Of a stretch of DNA of 64,000 nt, positions 38,541 through 48,054 are shown one piece after another. Origin of the DNA: Bacilli bacterium (lineage in GTDB: Bacteria; Bacillota_I; Bacilli_A; RFN20; DUOF01); the NCBI GenBank assembly GCA_045118975.1, contig JBGVCT010000016.1, forward strand, positions 28,199 to 92,198. Direction: 5' to 3'. The notes below the pieces were generated by a model that was not told the origin of the DNA, ran no database searches, and saw only the letters and a program-made list of their open reading frames with translations. The translations under genes were made by a program, and so were the position numbers. How positions within the stretch are numbered: the first letter of the stretch is position 1; the number at the start of each line of letters is the position of its first letter.

Positions 38541-39386
38541 CTAAATCATAAAATATATTTTTAAATTTTCTTTTATCTTTTGAATTTCCTCTTCAGTTAA
38601 TTCAATAGTTAGTTGGGTGTTTTTATCAATCAAAGGTTTTACAAAACGTTTAATACTGATTCGTTTTCCGTCATTTAATTTAATAATATTTGTTTTTCCG
38701 TCAATAATTTTTTTAATATTATAATAGTAATTCTTTTTTGGGATTTTGCTAGTTATTGGAAAAACAAAATATGAACTATCTTCTTTATTTTCTGTATTAA
38801 CGTGTTCCTTCCAAACTAAGACAGGTCTTAATTTGTTTATTTCAGAACCTACGTTATTTCCAATATAAGCAAAGTAAATTCTATATTGTACAATATCAAG
38901 TTTAGATTTGTATTTTGAAAATTTAATATCTTCTTTTGTAATGGCCCATTCTAGATATTTAAGCATTTGCTCTGTTAGTGTTATATCATTCAATTTTCCA
39001 TCAATGAGATTGCTGCCTATGGTTGTATTACACTTTGTACCAAAGTCTATCAATAATTTATCTACTATTGATTTGGTGACTAAATCAAATTCATATGGTG
39101 TAGCTATTACTTCTTTTCCTTTTAAATGAAGTTGACGTTGCATTTGATGTTTGTTTATTTTTTCATATGTTCCAAGTATGTAAACTTTATTTAAATTGTT
39201 TATAGTAATATATTTAGAAGTTGATTCAGGTTCAACTAATTTTGCCATTAAGACAAAAGGTTTAACATCAGTATCTCCAAGATAAATTCCTATTTGTTCT
39301 TCACCATTTTCGTCTAGATATGAATATATATTTTTAGGAAATAATTGTACTTTCATTTTTGTCACCTCTAATATTAAGTATATCAT
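38541..39386 (-). CDS. MazF/PemK-like toxin domain (C-terminal ~120 aa) fused to an unknown ~160-aa N-terminal domain
   Basis: C-terminal region IYFAYIGNNVGSEINKLRPVLVW...YFVFPITSK...IIKLNDGKRISIKRF aligns with the MazF G-SEQ-G-RP-VV and downstream motifs. Confidence 0.5.
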   Translation of the reverse strand: MIYLILEVTKMKVQLFPKNIYSYLDENGEEQIGIYLGDTDVKPFVLMAKLVEPESTSKYITINNLNKVYILGTYEKINKHQMQRQLHLKGKEVIATPYEFDLVTKSIVDKLLIDFGTKCNTTIGSNLIDGKLNDITLTEQMLKYLEWAITKEDIKFSKYKSKLDIVQYRIYFAYIGNNVGSEINKLRPVLVWKEHVNTENKEDSSYFVFPITSKIPKKNYYYNIKKIIDGKTNIIKLNDGKRISIKRFVKPLIDKNTQLTIELTEEEIQKIKENLKIYFMI

Positions 39387-39474
39387 ATATTCCTTGTTTT
39401 TTTAATAAATAATATGGCTTATAATATGTTGCTTTGATATGATTTAGATAACATTAAACAGAGGATAGGTTAAT

Positions 39475-39786
39475 ATGGTAGGCAAATATAAAGTTATTAC
39501 ATTATGTGGAAGTACTAAATTTAAGGAAGAGTTTTTAAGAGAACAAAAAAGACTAACGTTAGAAGGCAATATAGTAGTTTCAGTAGGCTTGTTTGGTCAT
39601 AGTGGTGACAACGAAGTTTGGAGTGAAGGAACTAAAGAAATGTTAGATGATATGCATAAAAGAAAAATAGATATGGCGGATGAAATATTTGTTATAAATA
39701 AAGATGGATATGTTGGTAGTAGTACTAAATCGGAGATAGAATACGCAATTAAAACAAACAAAAAAGTTGTTTATATGGAAAATTGA
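39475..39786 (+). CDS. hypothetical small protein (103 aa), possible Rossmann/SLOG-like nucleotide-binding mini-domain
   Basis: Pattern KVITLCGSTKF...LEGNIVVSVG resembles the glycine/serine-rich first strand-loop of LOG/SLOG-type folds. Weak. Confidence 0.35.
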   Translation: MVGKYKVITLCGSTKFKEEFLREQKRLTLEGNIVVSVGLFGHSGDNEVWSEGTKEMLDDMHKRKIDMADEIFVINKDGYVGSSTKSEIEYAIKTNKKVVYMEN

Positions 39787-39956
39787 TCTTATAACGATTA
39801 CTTAAAGCGAATTATTAAAGGGGGATAAAGAAAAATAAGCAAAAAAGGCGAGGCTTCAAAAAGTGTATGCACAACCAAATGTAAAGCATAAGTTGGATAC
39901 AATAGTGTTCAACTTTTTTTGCTTATATAAATGGTTGTGCTATTATAATTAAGGAG

Positions 39957-40586
39957 ATGATTGGTGTGAAAAACAAGCTAGTTACCAAAGAAGCTCATAA
40001 TGCGATAGCAGAAAAGTATTATGAATTATATAAAGATGATATATCAGATTTGAAATATTTTGATTTATTTTTAGAATGTTGTAAATCTAAAATTTTGGAT
40101 TTAGGATGTGGTATGGGACATTATTCAAATTATATGTATAATAAAGGATTTGATGTTGTGGGTATTGATTTTTCACAAAATATGATAAATATAGCAAAAA
40201 AAGATAATCCAAACATTAATTTTATTGTTTCAGATATTTGTGATTTAGATGTGATAAAAAATCAAAAATTTGATGGAGTTGTCATAGCGTATGTTTTACA
40301 ACATTTATCTAAAGAAGAAGTTTTAGATTTATTTGTACAAATAAATAATATAGTTAATGATAATTCTAAACTATTAATATTTTTAAGAGAAGGTAATGGT
40401 ATTGTTGAGGAAGTAGAACCCATTGATACAAGATATAAATATGTAATAAACGAATATTCTAAAGGGGAAATAAGCGAAATTTTAATAAAAAATGGGTGGA
40501 AGATAAATTTAATAGATACAAAAGAATATATAGAAGACCCTAACTCTCTTGCTCCCAATACCTTGGTTATATTGGCGGAAAAATAG
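39957..40586 (+). CDS. class I SAM-dependent methyltransferase
   Basis: Motif I ILDLGCGMGHYS. Motif II DGVVIAYVLQHL. Confidence 0.7.
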   Translation: MIGVKNKLVTKEAHNAIAEKYYELYKDDISDLKYFDLFLECCKSKILDLGCGMGHYSNYMYNKGFDVVGIDFSQNMINIAKKDNPNINFIVSDICDLDVIKNQKFDGVVIAYVLQHLSKEEVLDLFVQINNIVNDNSKLLIFLREGNGIVEEVEPIDTRYKYVINEYSKGEISEILIKNGWKINLIDTKEYIEDPNSLAPNTLVILAEK

Positions 40587-40629
40587 CCTTTTATTTATGT
40601 GTTGATTTTTAGTAAGAGCAAATAAAATT

Positions 40630-41607
40630 GTGGGTATTTGTGATATATTGTATATGGATGGTGGTTGTAGTATGGTTATGAAAGATTCTAATTTTATCGA
40701 GTCATTGAAGAATTTAGATAAAGAAAAATTAGCAATGATACCAAAGGCGGATTTACATAATCATGCTGTTTTTTCTTGTGGGAGAGACTACTTGGCTATG
40801 AATAATGTTGATATTCCTTTAGATCAAAGAGTTAATAATATTAGTGATTTAATAAATTTTGCTAGAAAATATATTAAACCCCTACAAAATAATAAAGAAG
40901 GATTATATGTATTGTTAAATGGAACTTTCAAAAAATGCTTAGAAACTGGTGTAACTATAGTTGATACAAATATTGACTATAAAATATGTATTCAAGTGTT
41001 TGATAACAATGTTAGTGAGTTTGTGAATTTCCTTAAATATTTTACATATGAAAACTTAAAGGTTCATTGGATAATTGATATTAGTAGGGATAGTTATTTG
41101 CAAGAATATGAAGAAATCATTATTGAATTAATTAAAACAGGTTTTTTCTATGGAATAGATTTAACTTCAACAGAAAATTGTCTACCTAATATAATGTTTA
41201 AAAATATTTATGAATTGGCAAATAAAAGCGGGTTAATAACAAAAGTTCATTGTGGTGAACAATTGGGAGCAGATTATATAAAAGAGTGCATCAATGATTT
41301 TAATCCTAAGCAAATTCAACATGGTATACGTATTGTGGAAAGTGAAGATGTAATGAAATTAGCAAAATCAAAAGGGATAGTATTCAATGTGTGTCCTACA
41401 AGTAATCTTGTTTTAAATTATGCGAAAAGTTTAAAGGAACATCCAATATCTTATATGGTATATTATGGATTGAATGTTACTATAGGAACAGATGATATTT
41501 TATTATTTGAAAGTGATATAAATGATGAATATATAAAATTATATGAGAATAAGGTATTAACTGCAGAACAGTTGGATAAGATACGCGAGTTCTCTTTAAG
41601 GGTATAA
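40630..41607 (+). CDS. adenosine/adenine deaminase-like amidohydrolase
   Basis: ADLHNHAV (metal-binding HxH), VHCGEQ (HAGE-like), GTDDIL (C-terminal Asp ligand). True start probably the internal Met (MVMKDSNF). Confidence 0.55.
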   Translation: MGICDILYMDGGCSMVMKDSNFIESLKNLDKEKLAMIPKADLHNHAVFSCGRDYLAMNNVDIPLDQRVNNISDLINFARKYIKPLQNNKEGLYVLLNGTFKKCLETGVTIVDTNIDYKICIQVFDNNVSEFVNFLKYFTYENLKVHWIIDISRDSYLQEYEEIIIELIKTGFFYGIDLTSTENCLPNIMFKNIYELANKSGLITKVHCGEQLGADYIKECINDFNPKQIQHGIRIVESEDVMKLAKSKGIVFNVCPTSNLVLNYAKSLKEHPISYMVYYGLNVTIGTDDILLFESDINDEYIKLYENKVLTAEQLDKIREFSLRV

Positions 41608-41740
41608 TGATATATAGTATCGCTATATTTTGCTTTGTTTAATTTTTGTGTTTGAAAAATAGTCTCGGTTATTGCAATGATAAAATGCGCGAGGTATAAT
41701 AAGTATGAAAAGTATAATTTGTTATACTATAGGAGGCTAT

Positions 41741-41938
41741 ATGAAAGATAAGTTTGTGGGAATTGCAAGAGTTGGAGAAAAAGGACAAATAGTAATACCT
41801 AAAGAGGCTAGAGATATGTTTGGAATTAAGCCAGGGGATTGTGTTGTGGTACTATGTGATAAAAAGAAAGGAATGGCACTAGTTAAATCTGAAGCATTAG
41901 AGGATGTTATAGATAAAGTAATGCCTGAAATTGATTAG
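41741..41938 (+). CDS. AbrB/MazE/SpoVT-family DNA-binding protein (65 aa)
   Basis: GIARVGEKGQIVIPKEARDMFGIKPGDCVVV looped-hinge-helix signature. AGGAGG RBS before ATG at 41741. Confidence 0.65.
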   Translation: MKDKFVGIARVGEKGQIVIPKEARDMFGIKPGDCVVVLCDKKKGMALVKSEALEDVIDKVMPEID

Positions 41939-42662
41939 TATGTATTCTATTGAGGTAAGTAAGCTAACTAAAAAGTTTAAAGAAAAAGTTGCAGTAAATG
42001 AGATGGATTTGCAAATTAAGCAAGGTGAATTATTTGCTCTTCTTGGAACTAATGGTGCTGGTAAGACAACAACAATTAAGATGTTAACAGGATTAATATT
42101 GCCTACATCTGGAAATATTAAAATAGAAAATATGGATATGAAAAAAGATATATTTAAAATCAAAGAAATTTTAAATGTATCACCGCAAGAAACTGCTATT
42201 GCTCCTAATTTGACTGTTAAGGAGAATTTAGAGTTTATGGCGGGAGTATATCAAATAGATAATAAGGATATGAAAATCAAAGAACTTGTTAAACAATTTA
42301 AATTGGATGAGATATTAAATAAAAAGGCTAAAACTTTGTCTGGTGGATGGCAAAGGAGATTATCAATTGCAATTAGTTTAATTAATGATCCAAAAATATT
42401 ATTTTTAGATGAACCAACATTAGGTTTAGATGTAATATCAAGAAAAGAGTTATGGGATATAATTAGTAATTTGAAAGGTAAGATTACAATTATTTTAACT
42501 ACTCATTATATGGAAGAAGCAGAGAGTTTGGCTGATAGAGTTGGTATAATGTCAAATAGTAATCTAGTTGATGTAGGGACAGTTGAAGAATTGATTAAGA
42601 AAACTAATAAAAAGAATTTCGAAGATGCTTTTGTATCGATTGCAACTGGAGGTAAATTATAA
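41931..42662 (+). CDS. ABC transporter ATP-binding protein
   Basis: Walker A GTNGAGKTTT, signature LSGGWQRR, Walker B ILFLDEPT. Confidence 0.85.
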   Translation: MISMYSIEVSKLTKKFKEKVAVNEMDLQIKQGELFALLGTNGAGKTTTIKMLTGLILPTSGNIKIENMDMKKDIFKIKEILNVSPQETAIAPNLTVKENLEFMAGVYQIDNKDMKIKELVKQFKLDEILNKKAKTLSGGWQRRLSIAISLINDPKILFLDEPTLGLDVISRKELWDIISNLKGKITIILTTHYMEEAESLADRVGIMSNSNLVDVGTVEELIKKTNKKNFEDAFVSIATGGKL

Positions 42663-43393
42663 TGAGGATGTTAAATTTTGCTAAAAGAAACTTTAAAGAG
42701 TTAATAAGGGATCCATTGAGTTTAATATTTGAGATTGTTTTACCTATATTCTTATTGTTTATATTTCAACAGATCAATATTCCAGGAGAATCTTATAAAT
42801 TAGAAAATTTCACTCCAAGTATTATAGTGTTTGGTTTATCATTTATAACACTATTTACTGCAACCTTAGTTTCTAAAGACAGGAGTTCATCTTTACTTAT
42901 AAGACTAGGAACTTCTCCGATGAAATCAAGTGATTATATTTTGGGATATATAATATCTTTGATACCAATAATTATTATTCAGAATATATTGTTCTTTTTG
43001 GTTGCTATTATATTGGGATTTAACTTCACTGTTAATATATTATACACAATCCTTATATCATTGATTGTTTCTATTGTTTTTATTGCTCTTGGTATATTAA
43101 TTGGAAGTTTAGTAAGTGAAAAAGCTACTGGAGGAATTGGAAGTATAATAGTTCAATTAGTTTGTTTTACAAGTGGAATGTATTTTTCAAAGGATTTAAT
43201 TGGTAAGGAATTTGCTACTGTTTGCGAAATATTACCTTTTGAGAGTTGTTTGAATATAATTAAAGGGATATTGAATAATAATTTATCAATTATATCAATA
43301 CAAAACATAATTGTCTTTTCAATATATACAATAGGTGTATTAGTTTTATCTATTATTATTTTTAAAAAGAAGATGTTTAGTGATAACAAATAA
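42662..43393 (+). CDS. ABC-2 type transporter permease
   Basis: Six predicted TM helices. Start overlaps the ATPase stop. Confidence 0.65.
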   Translation: MRMLNFAKRNFKELIRDPLSLIFEIVLPIFLLFIFQQINIPGESYKLENFTPSIIVFGLSFITLFTATLVSKDRSSSLLIRLGTSPMKSSDYILGYIISLIPIIIIQNILFFLVAIILGFNFTVNILYTILISLIVSIVFIALGILIGSLVSEKATGGIGSIIVQLVCFTSGMYFSKDLIGKEFATVCEILPFESCLNIIKGILNNNLSIISIQNIIVFSIYTIGVLVLSIIIFKKKMFSDNK

Positions 43394-43446
43394 TTATTAA
43401 AATATAGTTTTATGTTCATGCTAGTGTTTTTATAAAATAAAAAAAA

Positions 43447-43467
43447 TCCCTAAAAATTGACTAGGGA
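43447..43467. other. palindromic hairpin flanked by A-runs on both sides
   Basis: TCCCTAAAAATTGACTAGGGA stem-loop. Not a canonical + strand terminator because no T-run follows. Confidence 0.3.
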
Positions 43468-43628
43468 TGCTAAAAAAATTGGCGAAAAATTATAAGTTTT
43501 CAAAAAGTGTATGTAGAACTATTTTATAAAAAATGTGAAGGTGTTTATTTTTTAATATAATGTTTATGCAATGGAGTTTGTAATTATAATTAGTTATAAT
43601 GAAATCATAGATAGAAGAGGTGTTTTAT

Positions 43629-43952
43629 ATGGAAAAGATATACAACAAATTAGTTAGAGATAACATTCCTGAGATAATAAAAAAAGATAATAGTGTTCCT
43701 GTTACAAGAATTTTAAGTGATGAGGAATATAAGGTTGAATTAGAAAAAAAATTATATGAAGAATATAATGAGGTTTTAAATGCAAAGCAACCAGATGAAA
43801 GAATAGAGGAACTGGCTGATATGTTAGAAATTATATCTTCTTTAGCAAAACTAGAAAATAAATCTCTAGATGATGTGATGGAAGTTATGAATCATAAAAA
43901 TGCTAAACGTGGTGGGTTTGAAAAAAAGATTTTTTTAGAAAAGGTAATTTAA
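43629..43952 (+). CDS. MazG-like nucleotide pyrophosphohydrolase family protein
   Basis: N-terminal KLVRDNIPEII and EELADMLE (EExxD/E metal-binding helix) typical of small all-alpha MazG-like NTP pyrophosphatases. Confidence 0.5.
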   Translation: MEKIYNKLVRDNIPEIIKKDNSVPVTRILSDEEYKVELEKKLYEEYNEVLNAKQPDERIEELADMLEIISSLAKLENKSLDDVMEVMNHKNAKRGGFEKKIFLEKVI

Positions 43953-44058
43953 AAAGATTAGTAATGAATGGAAAAAATCTTTGCCTGTAATAATCGAGGC
44001 AAGATTAAAAGAAATGAAAACAAAAAAGAAAGAAACCGCTAATAAAAGATAAAATTTA

Positions 44059-44086
44059 ACCTCCCAATAAGATGGGAGGTTTTTTA
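44059..44086 (+). terminator. rho-independent terminator
   Basis: ACCTCCCA-ATAAGA-TGGGAGGT hairpin followed by T5. Confidence 0.7.
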
Positions 44087-44271
44087 TTTATAAAATATAT
44101 TATTCTAAGTAGAAACAATAAATGCCTTCTACATTATAAAAAAGTTAATCATTTATTAAGGTTTGCTATATTGGATAAAAATTTTTAAAATCGACACTTT
44201 TTATAATTTTTGTTGTTCAATTTAGATTCATATAAATTTTATACTTAAATTATACAAGGGAGGTATTTAAT

Positions 44272-44625
44272 ATGAATACGGATAAGATTTATGCTGAAAA
44301 GATCGCTAGTGAGTATGCTCCTAAGAGCACTAGCAAAGTAATGGCATTAAAGAAGTTAGATAAGCTTGCTAAAAGAAATGCATTAATATTTGCATATACT
44401 TTTGGAGTTGTATCTAGTTTAGTTATGGGAGCAGGAATGAGTTTGGCTATGGGAGTAATTGGTGGAAATACATTTACTAGTGTTTTAGTAGGTATTATCA
44501 TTGGATTAGTTGGAATAGCAGGCGTTAGTGTTAACTATCCTATTTATAAAGTTTTACTAAATAGAGGTAAAAATAAGTACGGTAGTGATATTATAAGATT
44601 AGCTAAAGAAATTAGTGAAGAATAA
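44272..44625 (+). CDS. small membrane protein (two TM helices)
   Basis: Hydrophobic stretches. Directly upstream of a TetR regulator. Confidence 0.4.
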   Translation: MNTDKIYAEKIASEYAPKSTSKVMALKKLDKLAKRNALIFAYTFGVVSSLVMGAGMSLAMGVIGGNTFTSVLVGIIIGLVGIAGVSVNYPIYKVLLNRGKNKYGSDIIRLAKEISEE

Positions 44626-44630
44626 GGGAA

Positions 44631-45230
44631 GTGATGAGCGTGAATAAATCAGAGAGTAAATATTTTAATACGGCTTTACTTATGGATGAAGCGCTTTTAA
44701 TTCTTTTAGAAAAGAAGGATTTTGAATTTATTAGTGTAAAAGAGATTTGTGATAAGGCGGGAGTTAATAGATCTACTTTTTATCTTCATTATGAGAATAT
44801 GGATGATTTATTGAAAGAAACAATAGAACTTATTAATAGAAAATTTAATGAATCTTTTGGTAAAAAGATAGTTAATTTAAATGTTTCTAGTAGAGAAGAG
44901 TTGTTTTTTATAAAAGATGAATATTTGATTCCATATTTGAATCTTATAAAAAAGCATAAAAAAGTATTTAAATTAATTCATGAAAAGCCATATTTATTTA
45001 ATAACGAATCGGAGAAGAATAATTTATATAATTCTTTATTTAATAAAATATTGGGGATGTATGGAGTTAAGGAGGAAGATAGGGAATATATTTTTTCCTA
45101 TTATACTCAAGGAACATTAGCAATTATTTTAAAGTGGGTAGAGAAGGATTGTTTAGATGATATTGAGAAAATCTCTAAAATAATTATAGAGGTGATTAAT
45201 TACAAGAATGAAGATAATAGAAATAGCTAA
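44631..45230 (+). CDS. TetR/AcrR-family transcriptional regulator
   Basis: N-terminal HTH SVKEICDKAGVNRSTFYLHYENMDDLL. Confidence 0.7.
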   Translation: MMSVNKSESKYFNTALLMDEALLILLEKKDFEFISVKEICDKAGVNRSTFYLHYENMDDLLKETIELINRKFNESFGKKIVNLNVSSREELFFIKDEYLIPYLNLIKKHKKVFKLIHEKPYLFNNESEKNNLYNSLFNKILGMYGVKEEDREYIFSYYTQGTLAIILKWVEKDCLDDIEKISKIIIEVINYKNEDNRNS

Positions 45231-46152
45231 TTATTATAGAAATTTATCGTTTAAAGAAAGAACTATATTGGGCACTAAATTTTCTATATTACTCAATTTG
45301 TTATTAGGGATAGGAAAGATATTCTTATCCTTCTTTTTTAGTATTTTCTTTTTAGTTGCAGGAATAGTGAATATTTTCATTATGCTTACTAAACTAGAGT
45401 GTTATTTGGGAGTTAAATATCCAGATAAGAAAACATTTGAATATAGGAATAAGTGTGTTGGTATATTTCTTCTTATTGCAGGATTAGAATATTCAATATA
45501 TATGGCTAGAATGGTATTTACTGATACAAGTGTTATGAGCTATGACATGATTTTGGGAATAATTATTGCCTGTGTATCATTTGTCGAACTTGCTATTGCT
45601 ATTATAGGGTGTTTTAAATCTTATGGTAAAGGGCACTATTATAGAAATATCAAATTAACCAGTTTGTGTAGCGCGCTTACTGCAATTGTATTAACTGAAG
45701 TAGCTCTTACTTCATTTGCTAGTGAAACAGATCTTAGAGTAATAAATGGGATTGTTGGGATGATAGTAGGAGTCATCATTGTTTTAATATCTATCTATGT
45801 TTTTATCTCTCCTAGAATTAGTATTGTAGATAGAGAACATAATGTGTATAAGATAAAAGAAAATGTAGAACCAATAAAAGAAAAAGAAATCAGAATTAAA
45901 TTAACTAATAGTAAGTTTTATAGAGATTATGTTTATGTCGCTAAAGTAGAAAAAGATATCATTGATGGACATATAATTCAAGAAAAAAGTCCAATATGGA
46001 GTTGGAATATATATGTTTTAATTTTAGTGTGTGTTTTATCAGAAATACTTATATTTCCTTATGCGATTGGTGCGCTAGTATATCATTTTAAGTGTAGGAA
46101 TATTATTGATAAATTAGATAATAAAATGTTGATGTTAGGATATGAAAAATAA
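45208..46152 (+). CDS. hypothetical integral membrane protein
   Basis: Multiple TM helices. Overlaps the tetR stop. Confidence 0.45.
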   Translation: MKIIEIANYYRNLSFKERTILGTKFSILLNLLLGIGKIFLSFFFSIFFLVAGIVNIFIMLTKLECYLGVKYPDKKTFEYRNKCVGIFLLIAGLEYSIYMARMVFTDTSVMSYDMILGIIIACVSFVELAIAIIGCFKSYGKGHYYRNIKLTSLCSALTAIVLTEVALTSFASETDLRVINGIVGMIVGVIIVLISIYVFISPRISIVDREHNVYKIKENVEPIKEKEIRIKLTNSKFYRDYVYVAKVEKDIIDGHIIQEKSPIWSWNIYVLILVCVLSEILIFPYAIGALVYHFKCRNIIDKLDNKMLMLGYEK

Positions 46153-46229
46153 TTATAAATAATACAAAAATTAAATAGATATAAAAAAATAGTTTGGCAT
46201 TCATTTAGTCAAACTTTTTTTCTTTCAAT

Positions 46230-46922
46230 TTGATTTTTAAAAAAGAAGATTATGGTATAATTGATTTTGGTGATAGTATGATTTTTTATGGAAAAATTGC
46301 TCTATTTGATTTTGATGGAACATTAGTGGATTCAATGCCTGTGTGGGGAGAAAAGATGTTTAGACTTCTTAGAATGCAAGGGATAACTCCTCCAGGGGGT
46401 TTACTTAGAACTATAACTCCTCTAGGAGATGCAGGAACACTAAACTATTATCAAAATAATTTTGCACTTACCATGACAAAAGAAGAAATGATACAAGAAA
46501 TGGATAATTATGCTTTGCCTAAATACGCTAATGAGATTCCATTAAAAGAAAATGTATTAAACTATTTACAAATTTTAAAAGAAAATGGAGTAAAGTTATA
46601 TATTTTAACTGCTAGTCCGCATAAAGCTTTTGAACCATGTTTACAAAGATTAGGAATTTTAGATATGTTTGAAAAGTGCTGGTGTTGTGATGACTTTAAT
46701 ATGGTTAAAAGTGATGTTAATATCTACTTAGAAGTTGCTAAAACAATTGGAGTTAATCCTGAAGATATAACTTTTTTTGACGATAATAAAGTTGCAATTG
46801 AAACTGCTAATAAGGCAGGATTACATACAATTGCTGTATATGATGATAGTTCTAGTAATGATAAAGAAGATATGAAAAAAGTGGCTGATTACTATTCTAA
46901 TGAGTATGCAGATTTAATTTAA
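46230..46922 (+). CDS. HAD-family hydrolase
   Basis: Motif I ALFDFDGTLVDS. C-terminal FFDDN motif IV. Confidence 0.7.
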   Translation: MIFKKEDYGIIDFGDSMIFYGKIALFDFDGTLVDSMPVWGEKMFRLLRMQGITPPGGLLRTITPLGDAGTLNYYQNNFALTMTKEEMIQEMDNYALPKYANEIPLKENVLNYLQILKENGVKLYILTASPHKAFEPCLQRLGILDMFEKCWCCDDFNMVKSDVNIYLEVAKTIGVNPEDITFFDDNKVAIETANKAGLHTIAVYDDSSSNDKEDMKKVADYYSNEYADLI

Positions 46923-46958
46923 TAATTAATAATAAAGGAAATTATGGGGGATATTTAT

Positions 46959-47975
46959 ATGAAAAAATATGCAATATATGGAGCAGGTTCTTTAGGAACT
47001 GTATTAGGAGCTTATATTAGTAAAAATGGTATTGAAGTGGATTTAATTAATAGAAATGTAGCACATGTTAAAGCATTAAATGAAAAAGGTGCTAGAATTG
47101 AGGGAACTGTTGATTTAACTGTACCTGTTAAAGCACTTACAGTGGAAGAGATGAGTGATAAATATGATGTTATTTTGCTTTTGACTAAGCAATTACAAAA
47201 TAAAGAAGTTGTTACAAAGCTAAAGAATCATTTAACAGATGATGGAGTAATTGTTACTCTTCAAAATGGCTTACCTGAACCATTAATCGCAGAAATAGTT
47301 GGTGCCAACCATACAATGGGATGTGTAGTAGAGTGGGGTGCCACTTTAAAAGAACCTGGAGTATGTGTTTTAACAAGTGATCCATCATCACTTTCTTTCC
47401 ATATGGGAAAAATGGATGGTATTAGTGATGAGCAATTCAAGATGGTTAAAGAACTTTTAGAAAATATGTGTCCAGTACATGAAGAAGAGAACCTACTTGG
47501 AGCTCGTTGGTCTAAGTTGCTTATTAATGCAACCTTCTCAGGACTAGGTACAGTAGTTGGTGGAGTATTTGGTGATGTTAGTGAAAATAAAGAAGCTAGA
47601 AAAGTGGCTATTCGTTGTATGAAGGAAGTTATTGATGTTGGTACTAGTACAGGAATAACTTTTGCTCCAGTTCAAGGAAAAAACATTACTAAGTTATTTT
47701 ATTACAAGAATGCGTTTAAAAGATTTATTGCTACTCTTTTGATTCCTATTGCTATGAAAAAGCATAGAAACATTGAACCATCTATGTTACAAGATATTAA
47801 AAAGAGCAAGCCTTGTGAAGTTGATGCTATAAATGGTATGGTTGTAGAGTTTGGTAAGAAGAATGGAGTAGCAACTCCAATTAATAGTAAAATTGTTGAG
47901 ATTATTAAGAAAATAGAGGCAGGAGAATTAAAGCCAGAGGCTAGTAACATAGAACTTTTTAAAGATCTATTATAA
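46959..47975 (+). CDS. 2-dehydropantoate 2-reductase (ApbA/PanE family)
   Basis: N-terminal Rossmann IYGAGSLGTVLGA. Conserved K (LLTKQ) and N/S residues of the ketopantoate reductase family. Confidence 0.65.
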   Translation: MKKYAIYGAGSLGTVLGAYISKNGIEVDLINRNVAHVKALNEKGARIEGTVDLTVPVKALTVEEMSDKYDVILLLTKQLQNKEVVTKLKNHLTDDGVIVTLQNGLPEPLIAEIVGANHTMGCVVEWGATLKEPGVCVLTSDPSSLSFHMGKMDGISDEQFKMVKELLENMCPVHEEENLLGARWSKLLINATFSGLGTVVGGVFGDVSENKEARKVAIRCMKEVIDVGTSTGITFAPVQGKNITKLFYYKNAFKRFIATLLIPIAMKKHRNIEPSMLQDIKKSKPCEVDAINGMVVEFGKKNGVATPINSKIVEIIKKIEAGELKPEASNIELFKDLL

Positions 47976-48054
47976 AAAAGCATCAATATAATTGTTGTTG
48001 AAAATGGGCGTGTTATACTTGGGGTATAATTATTTATTATTTGGAGGGTAATGT

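Noticed and set aside
43953-44058. 12-aa lysine-rich mini-ORF (MKTKKKETANKR) before a terminator
   Set aside because: There is no RBS, and it sits between the mazG-like stop and its terminator. It is more likely 3'UTR than a leader peptide.
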